Source of the DNA: Minisyncoccota bacterium
Lineage (GTDB): Bacteria > Patescibacteriota > Minisyncoccia > UBA6257 > UBA9933
Direction: 5' to 3'
Assembly: GCA_041653755.1 (NCBI GenBank)
Contig: JBAZEU010000004.1
Coordinates: 1 to 42,305 of the forward strand
Length of the DNA: 42,305 nt
The notes under the pieces were generated by a model, which saw only the letters and a program-made list of their open reading frames with translations, did no database searches and was not told where the DNA came from. Position numbers and translations under genes: made by a program. Positions 35,425-42,305 of the stretch are shown here, one piece after another; position 1 is the first letter of the stretch; each line of letters opens with the position of its first letter.

Positions 35425-35754
35425 ATGAAAATTAATTACAAAAAAATATTTCCACTTCTTTTGTTATCGCCTTCAGTAGTATTAGCTCAAATGGGAGTAA
35501 CCTCAGAAAATGTTCCAGAATCGGTTAACCTGACTAACATTATTACGGACGTTATTAATTGGGCGTTCGGTTTGTTGATTCTTTTAGCGGCAGTTTTTAT
35601 TATCATTGCGGCTTTTATGTATTTGTCTAGCGCCGGCAATGAGGATAAAATAAAAAACGCTAAAAATTACATCATTTATGCTGCGGTAGCGATTTTAATC
35701 GGGTTCTTAGCAAAGGCCATCGTTACACTTGTAACACGACTTCTTGGCGTTTAA
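35425..35754 (+). CDS. VirB2/TrbC-like T4SS pilin paralogue 3
   Basis: Signal peptide (...VVLA|QM). TM1-IAAFMYLSSAGNEDKIKNAKNYIIYAAVAILIGF-TM2. Confidence 0.65.
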   Translation: MKINYKKIFPLLLLSPSVVLAQMGVTSENVPESVNLTNIITDVINWAFGLLILLAAVFIIIAAFMYLSSAGNEDKIKNAKNYIIYAAVAILIGFLAKAIVTLVTRLLGV

Positions 35755-35781
35755 TATTGGCTTCTAATATTTTTAAATTGA

Positions 35782-35819
35782 AAAACCCCCGAGAACTTTT
35801 TAAGTTTCTCGGGGGTTTT
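35782..35819. terminator. Bidirectional intrinsic terminator
   Basis: AAAA-CCCCCGAGAA-loop-TTCTCGGGGG-TTTTGTTTT between convergent pilin 3 and the SPFH operon. Confidence 0.75.
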
Positions 35820-35834
35820 GTTTTGCGAGATGTT

Positions 35835-36275
35835 TTACGAAATCGGATCGTGGTTAATTATTATTTGAACCACTCCTCCAGTTTCATTATAAAAACTCAT
35901 CTCTGGCGTAATTACTCCGAAGTCGTCCGTGATGAATCCTTCCTCCCCGTTAGCAAATCGCACTCGGGTGTCGGTAGGGCCTTCAAGGTGGAAGTATGCT
36001 CCGGCCGGACCTTCAAATCTTTTTGACTTGCTCCATTCTCCGGGCGTAAGAATTACTTCTTTCGTCTCGGGCAGAGCTTTAACGGTTTGGGCTTGAGCGG
36101 TCTGGATTTGAGCTTGGGATTGGTGGGTTTTAGCTTTGTTCGAAGCGGAATGGATGATCCCGACAACAATTATTAAGCTGATAATTGTCAGGAATCCCCA
36201 TTTTGTCCAGCCAGGGATGGATTCGAGTTGTGGTTTTTCTTCTTGCAGTTTCTCTTTTTTTTCGGTTTCAGCCAT
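35835..36275 (-). CDS. Membrane-anchored hypothetical protein, partner of the SPFH protein
   Basis: 8-nt overlap with the SPFH gene end. AAGGAG (36282-36287) 6 nt upstream of the ATG. One TM (WGFLTIISLIIVVGII). NfeD-like role is only a positional guess. Confidence 0.5.
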   Translation of the reverse strand: MAETEKKEKLQEEKPQLESIPGWTKWGFLTIISLIIVVGIIHSASNKAKTHQSQAQIQTAQAQTVKALPETKEVILTPGEWSKSKRFEGPAGAYFHLEGPTDTRVRFANGEEGFITDDFGVITPEMSFYNETGGVVQIIINHDPIS

Positions 36276-37302
36276 TTTCTTCTCCTTTTCTGGGCAAGGC
36301 CGGATTTATCAAAAGAATCGGTCTAGCTTTTTGGTCGCCGGACAAACTAATGTCCTGAAACGTTCTTGTTGCTTTCCCTCTTTCGGCCATTACCGTTTTA
36401 AGGGCTTCTTCGTCAGAAATACCCGGTATAAGACCTTTCAGTGTTTTTACCAGATTCCCGACGTTTGTGATTTCGACCATTTCTCCTTTTGCCTGTTTTT
36501 CTTCCTTCGCGGCTAAGTCGGCATCTTTTGCAAATTCATCAGTCGGTTTTATCTCGCCGATATTTAGACGGACAAGTTTGACACCGAGTTGCTGGAGTAA
36601 GATTCCTCCATTGCCTTGACGGATTTCTGTCACGATCTTTTTTCGAACGGCCAATTCTTCTTTTAGCTGGGCTTTTTCTTCTTGAGAGAGCGCTTCATGC
36701 CACTCCTCAATTTTTTCCCAGTTTGTTCCGAACGAATTTTCTTCGTACTTCGTGGGTGGTTTTGGAGGCGTATTGAAATATTTGAAAAGAGAGTTTGTCG
36801 GGAAAGGCGAGTTTATTTTTTTAATTTTTTCTCCGGCAAGCGCCTTTATCAAAATTTCAACCGCTTCTTCCCCAGCAGACATCGCTTCGTCATAATCCGC
36901 CGGGCCTTCTCCCACCGCTCTGGTCCACATCCTTCCTTTTTCTTCGAGGATTTCTTCAAGGATGGTAAAGACACCATTTTCTCCGCCATTGTCCAAATAC
37001 TGGATTAAATTTTTCCCATCCGGGACAACAGTCAGAGAAATTGGAACTTCGATTGGAACATTGTCTGGTGTTCGCAAGTCTTTAATCGGGAAATCTTTAT
37101 TCTTTTTACGCATATCCACAAGAATTACATTGCTGATAAACGGAAACCCGAATAAAAAGCACCATCCTTCTCTTATAATTTTATTGGTTCTTCGACCGAA
37201 AATGGTTAAGAGACCAATATGCGGGGGGTCGTTTGGAATCTTTTTTAACCCCGAAAAAACAATCCACACAAGCGCGAGAACTACTAAAGCTAAAACATTC
37301 AT
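36268..37302 (-). CDS. SPFH/Band 7 (stomatin-prohibitin-like) domain protein
   Basis: N-terminal TM then GLKKIPNDPPHIGLLTIFGRRTNKIIREGWCFLFGFPFISNVILVDMRKKNKDF...VPISLTV, an SPFH-type core. AGGAGG (37309-37314) 6 nt upstream of the ATG. Confidence 0.65.
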   Translation of the reverse strand: MNVLALVVLALVWIVFSGLKKIPNDPPHIGLLTIFGRRTNKIIREGWCFLFGFPFISNVILVDMRKKNKDFPIKDLRTPDNVPIEVPISLTVVPDGKNLIQYLDNGGENGVFTILEEILEEKGRMWTRAVGEGPADYDEAMSAGEEAVEILIKALAGEKIKKINSPFPTNSLFKYFNTPPKPPTKYEENSFGTNWEKIEEWHEALSQEEKAQLKEELAVRKKIVTEIRQGNGGILLQQLGVKLVRLNIGEIKPTDEFAKDADLAAKEEKQAKGEMVEITNVGNLVKTLKGLIPGISDEEALKTVMAERGKATRTFQDISLSGDQKARPILLINPALPRKGEENG

Positions 37303-37483
37303 TTTACTCCTCCTTATAGGTTGAATTCATTTTTATTTCTGCGAATAGATGTTTTTCAAGGTGCAGCTTTTATTCTTTATAATATACCATAAAGATTTTA
37401 AAAAGTCAATCCCTCACCCTTTTAGTAAAAAGGATAAGGGATGGAGTGTTCTTCCGGTTTTTGCTAAGATATTTGTACGTTTT

Positions 37484-37565
37484 GCTCCCGTGGCGGAATT
37501 GGAATACGCGCAGCGCTTAGGACGCTGTCCCGCAAGGGTTAGAGGTTCGAGTCCTCTCGGGAGCA
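37484..37565 (+). tRNA. tRNA-Leu (anticodon UAG), class II with long variable arm
   Basis: GCTCCCGTGGCGGAATTGGAATACGCGCAGCGCTTAGGACGCTGTCCCGCAAGGGTTAGAGGTTCGAGTCCTCTCGGGAGCA. Anticodon stem CAGCG/CGCTG, loop CT-TAG-GA, variable arm CCC-GCAA-GGG. Confidence 0.9.
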
Positions 37566-39113
37566 CAAGCGTTGAAATAAGGCAAGAGAAAGTCCGTTTT
37601 GTCCATTGTTTACGCCGTATTCTTCAGGTTCTAACCTCTCCATTTCCTTATCAATACCCCTTAACCCTTCCTCAAGGATAAGTAAAGGTTTTTTCGCTTG
37701 AATAGTGAGTTTTTTGTCTTTCAGGAAAAGGTTCGAACCAATCCATTGAAGAACGTCCCTTTTATCTTCCGAGAGACCATCCCGAAACGTCTCTCTGCCT
37801 TCGTTGGCAAAAATCAGGGTTTTCTCGGTTAATTCAACAGCTCTTCTTCCATAGTTAATTCCCTCTTTCAATCTTTTCTCTATTCGCATCTTTTCTTCGA
37901 TCAATTTTTTCTTTTCACCGAGATATTCCGAATCGTCAATCAGGTCTTTGAATCGCATCTGGTTCAAGTTATGAAGTTTCGTCTGGCAACCCACGGCTGC
38001 TTTTTCCAGGGTTCTTTGAATGTCGAGACACCCCTTATTTTCTTCGTCCAGCATTTTCTCCAAATACTCTAACGCCGGATTAAGGAATGTTTTCGACACG
38101 TAAATCTTATCGAGATATTCCAAAACCTGCAATTCTAAATTCGTAAGATTTATTGACTTTTGACGACAGGTGGAACCCCTCTTTTTCCAGGTGCAGTGGT
38201 AATAGGTGTAGTGATATCCGTAGCGATTCTCTTTTTCTTCCGCGGTAACCATACAGCCGCATTCTCCACATCTTATCAGTCCGGTAAAAGCGAATTGATG
38301 TTTTTTTGGCCTTGGTCTTCCCTTCCTGCCCAAAATCTCCTGAACTTTCCAGTATTCCTCTTCTGTAATCATCGGCTCGTGTTTTCCCTGAAAAACACCT
38401 TCTTTTCTTTCAATCAGTCCGTAATAAAAGGAATTGCCGAAGATTTTGTAAATACAGGCCCGGCTTAAGGGCTTGCCGCCGCTCTTTTTGTGAGTTCTGG
38501 TTTTAAAACCCCATTCCTCATTAACGGTCTTCAAGATTTTTAGCGGAGACATACCCTGAAGCAAAAGGTTCCACATCTTACGGATAAGAAGAAATCTTTC
38601 CGGGTCAGGAATAATAGTCCTCTCTTTTGGTTCATTGAGGTATCCCAAAGGCGGAAGTCCAGGAAACCACCCTTTTTCGAGTTTGGCACGGTTACCTCTT
38701 TTCACGTTATCGCTTAGATCGTCCACATATTTTTTGGCCATGCCGAATTCCAGTTGCATCAAAAACTTATCATTGCTGTTGTTGAGGAAAGTATTGATTG
38801 GAGTGACTATTTCGGAAATATTCCCTTGGTCCAAAGCCCAGACTAGAGATGAGCCGTCAATGGGATTTCTGGCTAATCTATCAAGCTTCCAGACGATGAT
38901 TCCCTTAACCTGCCTGCCATAGATTTTTTTCATCATAGCGTTAAAAACCGGCCTTCCCGGTGATTTGGCGGAACGCGACTCTGTTAGAATTTCAGAAACA
39001 TTCAACTTCAACCTATCGGCCAGTTCTTTCAGCTCATTCATTTGGGACTCAATGGAAAGGATTTGTCTTTCTTCAGACTCGGAGGATTTACGGCAATAGA
39101 TGATATAGGACAT
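37539..39113 (-). CDS. Large serine recombinase (integrase)
   Basis: Resolvase catalytic domain IIYCRKSSESEERQILSIESQ...WKLDRLARN, recombinase domain, zinc-ribbon CGECGCMVTAEEK...YYHCTWKK, coiled-coil C-terminus. The last 27 nt overlap tRNA-Leu. Confidence 0.85.
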   Translation of the reverse strand: MSYIIYCRKSSESEERQILSIESQMNELKELADRLKLNVSEILTESRSAKSPGRPVFNAMMKKIYGRQVKGIIVWKLDRLARNPIDGSSLVWALDQGNISEIVTPINTFLNNSNDKFLMQLEFGMAKKYVDDLSDNVKRGNRAKLEKGWFPGLPPLGYLNEPKERTIIPDPERFLLIRKMWNLLLQGMSPLKILKTVNEEWGFKTRTHKKSGGKPLSRACIYKIFGNSFYYGLIERKEGVFQGKHEPMITEEEYWKVQEILGRKGRPRPKKHQFAFTGLIRCGECGCMVTAEEKENRYGYHYTYYHCTWKKRGSTCRQKSINLTNLELQVLEYLDKIYVSKTFLNPALEYLEKMLDEENKGCLDIQRTLEKAAVGCQTKLHNLNQMRFKDLIDDSEYLGEKKKLIEEKMRIEKRLKEGINYGRRAVELTEKTLIFANEGRETFRDGLSEDKRDVLQWIGSNLFLKDKKLTIQAKKPLLILEEGLRGIDKEMERLEPEEYGVNNGQNGLSLALFQRLCSREDSNL

Positions 39114-39141
39114 GAATTGGACAAATTAATGATCCCTAATC

Positions 39142-39354
39142 CTACATATTTTTAGGATTTTGGTCAACTGTCGGGAATGATGGCGTATCGGATTCCGGAT
39201 TTCGACCTTTTTTGTAACGTGGATAAAGAATTGCCTTCAGAAGATAGACCAAATTCAGAAATCTCTCACAGGCCTCCTCTCTTGAGATTTCTTCTCCGAA
39301 CTCTGTAAGATAATTCTTTCGGAATTCTTCGATTGTTTCATCGCTTGGTTTCAT
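39142..39354 (-). CDS. Small hypothetical protein upstream of the recombinase (possible accessory or directionality factor)
   Basis: 70-aa ORF co-oriented with the recombinase, 28 nt upstream. No family recognised. Confidence 0.4.
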   Translation of the reverse strand: MKPSDETIEEFRKNYLTEFGEEISREEACERFLNLVYLLKAILYPRYKKGRNPESDTPSFPTVDQNPKNM

Positions 39355-39605
39355 AGTTATTACCTTAAGCGTAAAGGAACAAGGAGAAAATCAAAGACGT
39401 GAAAATATGGCTCAAGGAAACAGTATCACCGGTCTTTTGTGTGAAAAACTTTTCGGGCAAAATATAAAAAAGGGTCAGTGACAGAAAAAATTCATCCGAT
39501 TGATGTCTTAATCCAAAAGTTGTCCACACCGAAGGATTAAAAACCTGCACGCTCGCGCAGTTTTTTCCGTCTTGTGAGGCTGGTCCTGATTGAACAAAAT
39601 TATTA

Positions 39606-39905
39606 TTGATGAACAAGAAAAAAATTATGGTTGCGTCAAACAAAAAACCTAGAATCAATAACTGTCTCCGACAATGCCGGAAATCAATGAGATACACACA
39701 GGAAGATGTCGCCTATATGTTGGGCGTGAGAGCGAGAGCCATATCCAACTGGGAACGAGAAATTACGCATCCCAGCCTGGCGAATGTTCTGAAACTATCC
39801 TATGCCTACAACCGGCTGGTTGACCACCTGTATTACGATCTCTCGAAAACATTCCGGCACGAAATAAAAGCCAGAAAGAATAAATTATTCCCGCCCAATG
39901 AATGA
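39606..39905 (+). CDS. XRE/Cro-type helix-turn-helix transcriptional regulator
   Basis: LRQCRKSMRYTQEDVAYMLGVRARAISNWEREITHPSLANVLKLSYAY is the HTH_XRE signature. Confidence 0.75.
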   Translation: MMNKKKIMVASNKKPRINNCLRQCRKSMRYTQEDVAYMLGVRARAISNWEREITHPSLANVLKLSYAYNRLVDHLYYDLSKTFRHEIKARKNKLFPPNE

Positions 39906-40650
39906 CAACAACCCGAAAAATAAAATATGGTGGAGACCATTATGGACAGGGCTGGTCAGAGATTTTACAGGTAAGCATTCAAAGAAGTTAAAAGTCAGCG
40001 TCTGGCTACTTTTATACCTTTTTCTTTCAGCCGATTATGGCACCGGAGTTTTTTCCGGAAGTTATTCCGAAATCAGTTGGAGTATGGGCAGAAGCAAAAG
40101 CACTATCAGAAAGTGGCTGAAGACCCTGGAAAGATACGAATACGTCGCAGCAGTCCGACAAGGGAAGAAACTCCTTATTCGCATCCAGAAGTGGAAAACC
40201 ATCAGCAAGCGTCCAAGTCTGGGCACCATTGAAAAAGAAAGTGTCCAGATTAGAGCAGGTAATGTATCCGAATTTGGACACATCGGGAAATCACTAAAAG
40301 GTCGAAAAGAGTATTATTCAAGCCAAAAAATCAAAAACAAAGGTCGTTACGACGACATAGATAATAATATAAATAAAAACGTCGTTAATAACGTCGTACG
40401 TAATTTAACTTCTATGAACAACGAAAACGATTCGCTTTACACTAAGGACGAACTCCTGGCCATGGAAATCAGCAATGGCCTAAATGACAAAGAAAACCTG
40501 AGGGCTTACCTCTCCCTCTGCCGGAAGTATCCGGAACCCTTCTTAAGAAAGGTCTACAAAGAGGTAAAAGAACTGCCGATTGAGAAGATTAAAAAATCAA
40601 GAGGCGCATTATTCACTTACTTAATTCAAAAACTATGCCGAGAAAAATAA
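39898..40650 (+). CDS. Winged-helix DNA-binding protein, possible replication initiator of the element
   Basis: SYSEISWSMGRSKSTIRKWLKTLERYEYVAAVRQGKKLLIRIQKW (wHTH-like). 8-nt overlap with the HTH gene. C-terminal SRGALFTYLIQKL is reminiscent of Rep-protein tails. Weak assignment. Confidence 0.35.
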   Translation: MNDNNPKNKIWWRPLWTGLVRDFTGKHSKKLKVSVWLLLYLFLSADYGTGVFSGSYSEISWSMGRSKSTIRKWLKTLERYEYVAAVRQGKKLLIRIQKWKTISKRPSLGTIEKESVQIRAGNVSEFGHIGKSLKGRKEYYSSQKIKNKGRYDDIDNNINKNVVNNVVRNLTSMNNENDSLYTKDELLAMEISNGLNDKENLRAYLSLCRKYPEPFLRKVYKEVKELPIEKIKKSRGALFTYLIQKLCREK

Positions 40651-41162
40651 AACGCAAGAAGAGACCAAAAGAAGAAACCATTATAGCAATCGACCCCGGA
40701 ACCCGTTATTGGGGAGTCGCCATCTTCAGAGACAACACCCTCAAAAGTTCGCTGGTTAAGGTATTAAAAACCAACGGCTCGCCCAGGAAACGGCTGGACG
40801 AGGTCCGAAAGATATTTATCTCCCTGCTCAACAGTTACGAGCCCGACATTCTGGTTCTGGAGAAACCGTTCTTCTTCTGGAGCAAGCAGTCCAGATTCCT
40901 GGACGTGGTGGTGGAAGAAGTAAAATCCCTGGCCAGAAAAAACAGAATGAAAGTCCATGAGTACTGCCCCAGAACCGCCAGAAAGATTGTCTGCGGCAAC
41001 GGCAATGCTTCCAAAAGCGAGACCGCCAAACTGCTGTCAGCTTTGTATCCCGAATTATATGTCTACCTGAACCAGAACAGAAAGTACAAAGACAGATACT
41101 GGGGACATATGTTTGACGCGGTGGGGTTAGGGGTGTGTTATCTGAAAAAAACGGGAAAATAG
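40635..41162 (+). CDS. RuvC-like Holliday junction resolvase (element-encoded paralogue)
   Basis: IIAIDPGTRYWGVAIF (Asp), ILVLEKPFFFWSKQS (Glu), KIVCGNGNASKSE, HMFDAVGLGVCY (Asp). Same motif order as the chromosomal RuvC at 763-1308. Confidence 0.7.
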   Translation: MPRKIKRKKRPKEETIIAIDPGTRYWGVAIFRDNTLKSSLVKVLKTNGSPRKRLDEVRKIFISLLNSYEPDILVLEKPFFFWSKQSRFLDVVVEEVKSLARKNRMKVHEYCPRTARKIVCGNGNASKSETAKLLSALYPELYVYLNQNRKYKDRYWGHMFDAVGLGVCYLKKTGK

Positions 41163-41242
41163 GAAACTGCTCTTTCCGAAACTTGCGGTTATGGATTAAA
41201 ATATAATTTTAGCTTCAGAAACCGGAGATAAGGAGGATCGGA

Positions 41243-42163
41243 ATGCTGTGTCCTCACTGTGGTCACAAAAACGAAGAGGGGATTAGGTTCTGTACCGGTT
41301 GCGGAGAACTGCTGGGTGGCAGAGCGCGGAGTCACGCAACAGGAACGGCTAAAACCAGAATACCGGTATGGATTCAATCCATAATTGGAAAAGGTTTTTT
41401 ATTAGTTCTCTCCGTAATTGTCATCGTTTTGCTAATTTCAATAACTTTAGCCATACACCGAGCTTCGCATCGTCCGGCTCCTCCGGGAATTCCTTATTCA
41501 TCCTCTCCTCTACCCTCTCCTGCGCCACCAAGGGAAAGCGTTCAAGTGCCGGTGCCCGCAGTTACTGAATCATCTCCACCTTCTACTCAAACCAACGCCG
41601 TAGAAAAAAAACCTGTTGCGCCACCGGAAAAAGAAAAGGCTGTTGAAAAATCAGTTCTTGTAGACCGGGACTTGGACAAATTCATTAATCTTCCGGCAAA
41701 AACAGAAGAAGAATTCAAGAAATTCAAACAAGACGAAGGCTGGCGATTACTTCAAACGATAGGCCTGAATATTCAATTTGATCAGCTTTGTCGGAAAGCC
41801 GAGGACGCTAACAAGAATCACGATTGGCGGGAAGTGATAGACCTCTATACGAAAGCGTTGCAAACATATCCATACTATGACGCTTACTTCCGCATCGCCA
41901 ACAGTTACAACCAACTCAACCAGCCGGACAAAGCGCTGGGGTGGACATACATAGGAATTCAAAAGTTCCGGTATAACCTGTTCTACGAAATCGCGGCCGA
42001 AGCCTACTGCAAAAAAGGAGACGAGACACGAATGTTGGCATGGCTGGAAGGCGCGCTGAAAAGCGGATTCAAAACAAGCAAAGAAGGGTTGGACAGAACT
42101 TTTTCCCGATACAAAGACGAGCCGAAGTATTTGTCCTTACTTCAGAAATATGACCTGAAGTAA
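41243..42163 (+). CDS. Zinc-ribbon / TM / proline-rich linker / TPR-like repeat protein
   Basis: MLCPHCGHKNEEGIRFCTGCGELL (double CxxC), TM GFLLVLSVIVIVLLISITLAI, P/S-rich linker, helical repeats with TPR-like YxxAL...P patterns. AGGAGG (41231-41236) 6 nt upstream. Confidence 0.6.
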   Translation: MLCPHCGHKNEEGIRFCTGCGELLGGRARSHATGTAKTRIPVWIQSIIGKGFLLVLSVIVIVLLISITLAIHRASHRPAPPGIPYSSSPLPSPAPPRESVQVPVPAVTESSPPSTQTNAVEKKPVAPPEKEKAVEKSVLVDRDLDKFINLPAKTEEEFKKFKQDEGWRLLQTIGLNIQFDQLCRKAEDANKNHDWREVIDLYTKALQTYPYYDAYFRIANSYNQLNQPDKALGWTYIGIQKFRYNLFYEIAAEAYCKKGDETRMLAWLEGALKSGFKTSKEGLDRTFSRYKDEPKYLSLLQKYDLK

Positions 42164-42175
42164 AAGGAGGTTCAA

Positions 42176-42305
42176 TTGCCGATACTGAAAAGAGACGAAA
42201 TCAAAGAGGAGTGGTCGGTTTTAATAGAAGGCGCCCAGGGAAGAGCCGGATATATTTTGGGCACTACGGGAAACGCCATAGACCGGTCAAATGTGCCGGA
42301 CATAA
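42176..42305 (+). CDS. Hypothetical protein, 5' fragment (runs off window)
   Basis: TTG start 5 nt after AAGGAGG (42164-42170). Open frame reads (M)PILKRDEIKEEWSVLIEGAQGRAGYILGTTGNAIDRSNVPDI... Confidence 0.35.
   Translation, partial: MPILKRDEIKEEWSVLIEGAQGRAGYILGTTGNAIDRSNVPDI

Larger units (their letters stand above)
37484..42305. mobile_element. Integrated element (prophage- or IME-like) at the 3' end of tRNA-Leu; right end beyond the window
   Basis: A large serine recombinase overlaps the tRNA 3' end. It is followed by a divergent XRE HTH / winged-helix Rep-like / RuvC-like resolvase operon. By eye, some stretches are richer in G+C than the core genes (not computed). Confidence 0.6.

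Noticed and set aside
35757-36026. 89-aa plus-strand ORF after pilin 3
   Set aside because: It spans the bidirectional terminator and is antisense to the 35835-36275 gene, which has an SD and operon context.
35835-37302. SPFH operon as part of the integrated element
   Set aside because: It lies on the 5' side of tRNA-Leu, whereas the recombinase overlaps the 3' end. Integration at a tRNA 3' end places the element on the other side. It is treated as a separate, possibly acquired unit.
37349-37681. 110-aa plus-strand ORF
   Set aside because: It reads straight through tRNA-Leu and into the antisense of the recombinase gene, so it is spurious.
39365-39697. 110-aa minus-strand ORF in the element control region
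   Set aside because: It overlaps the start of the well-supported HTH gene and covers the divergent intergenic region. It has hydrophobic low-complexity content and no SD or promoter logic.
40027-40283. Two minus-strand ORFs (73-84 aa) inside the winged-helix gene
   Set aside because: They are antisense to a longer ORF that sits in an overlapping-gene operon. No start context.
1-42305. CRISPR arrays, rRNA genes, IS/transposase genes, alternative genetic code
   Set aside because: I saw no regularly spaced direct repeats and no rRNA-like conserved stretches. There is no DDE or TnpB-like ORF. Long uninterrupted ORFs for conserved proteins (FtsH, GyrA, DnaA) under the standard code argue against UGA recoding. 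This was a visual scan only.
37566-42305. attR copy of the tRNA-Leu 3' end inside the window
   Set aside because: I could not find a second copy of GGTTCGAGTCCTCTCGGGAGCA or a long sub-string by eye. The right boundary is probably beyond the window, and a computed repeat search is needed.

Overview
Low-GC, very gene-dense bacterial chromosome segment with many 1-4 nt start/stop overlaps. Miniaturised housekeeping proteins, VirB2-like 'T4SS pilin' paralogues and scarce Shine-Dalgarno sites suggest a Candidate Phyla Radiation / Patescibacteria genome (inference). Left part: partial type IV pilin, yebC, ruvC, class A PBP, then the canonical origin neighbourhood dnaN<-dnaA <> rpmH-rnpA-yidC-jag. 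From 8.2 to 19.0 kb an eleven-gene, minus-strand, translationally coupled type IV secretion-like locus follows rsmA. It encodes VirB4, a PrgI/VirB3-like protein, a VirB6-like polytopic protein, a pilin-hydrolase fusion and secreted or proline-rich unknowns. No coupling protein, relaxase or VirB8-11 is visible. An in-frame TAA separates a VirB4 N-domain-like ORF from the ATPase ORF. The middle is mostly housekeeping: LysM-M23 peptidase, comM, TraR/DksA zinc finger, atypical receiver, yraN, HAD hydrolase, tRNA-Val, an HExxH protein, a tRNA with a UAU anticodon, ftsH, S1 protein, a degenerate MBL-fold protein and gyrA. At 33.3-35.8 kb an orphan solute-binding protein is start/stop-coupled to three tandem VirB2-like pilin paralogues, which looks like a distal module of the same T4SS-like apparatus. 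After an SPFH operon, tRNA-Leu(UAG) at 37.5 kb marks the left end of an integrated element running off the window. It carries a large serine recombinase overlapping the tRNA 3' end, an XRE HTH, a winged-helix Rep-like protein, a second RuvC-like resolvase and a zinc-ribbon/TPR protein. No rRNA, CRISPR array or transposase was seen. All functional calls rest on motif recognition by eye; no database search was run.
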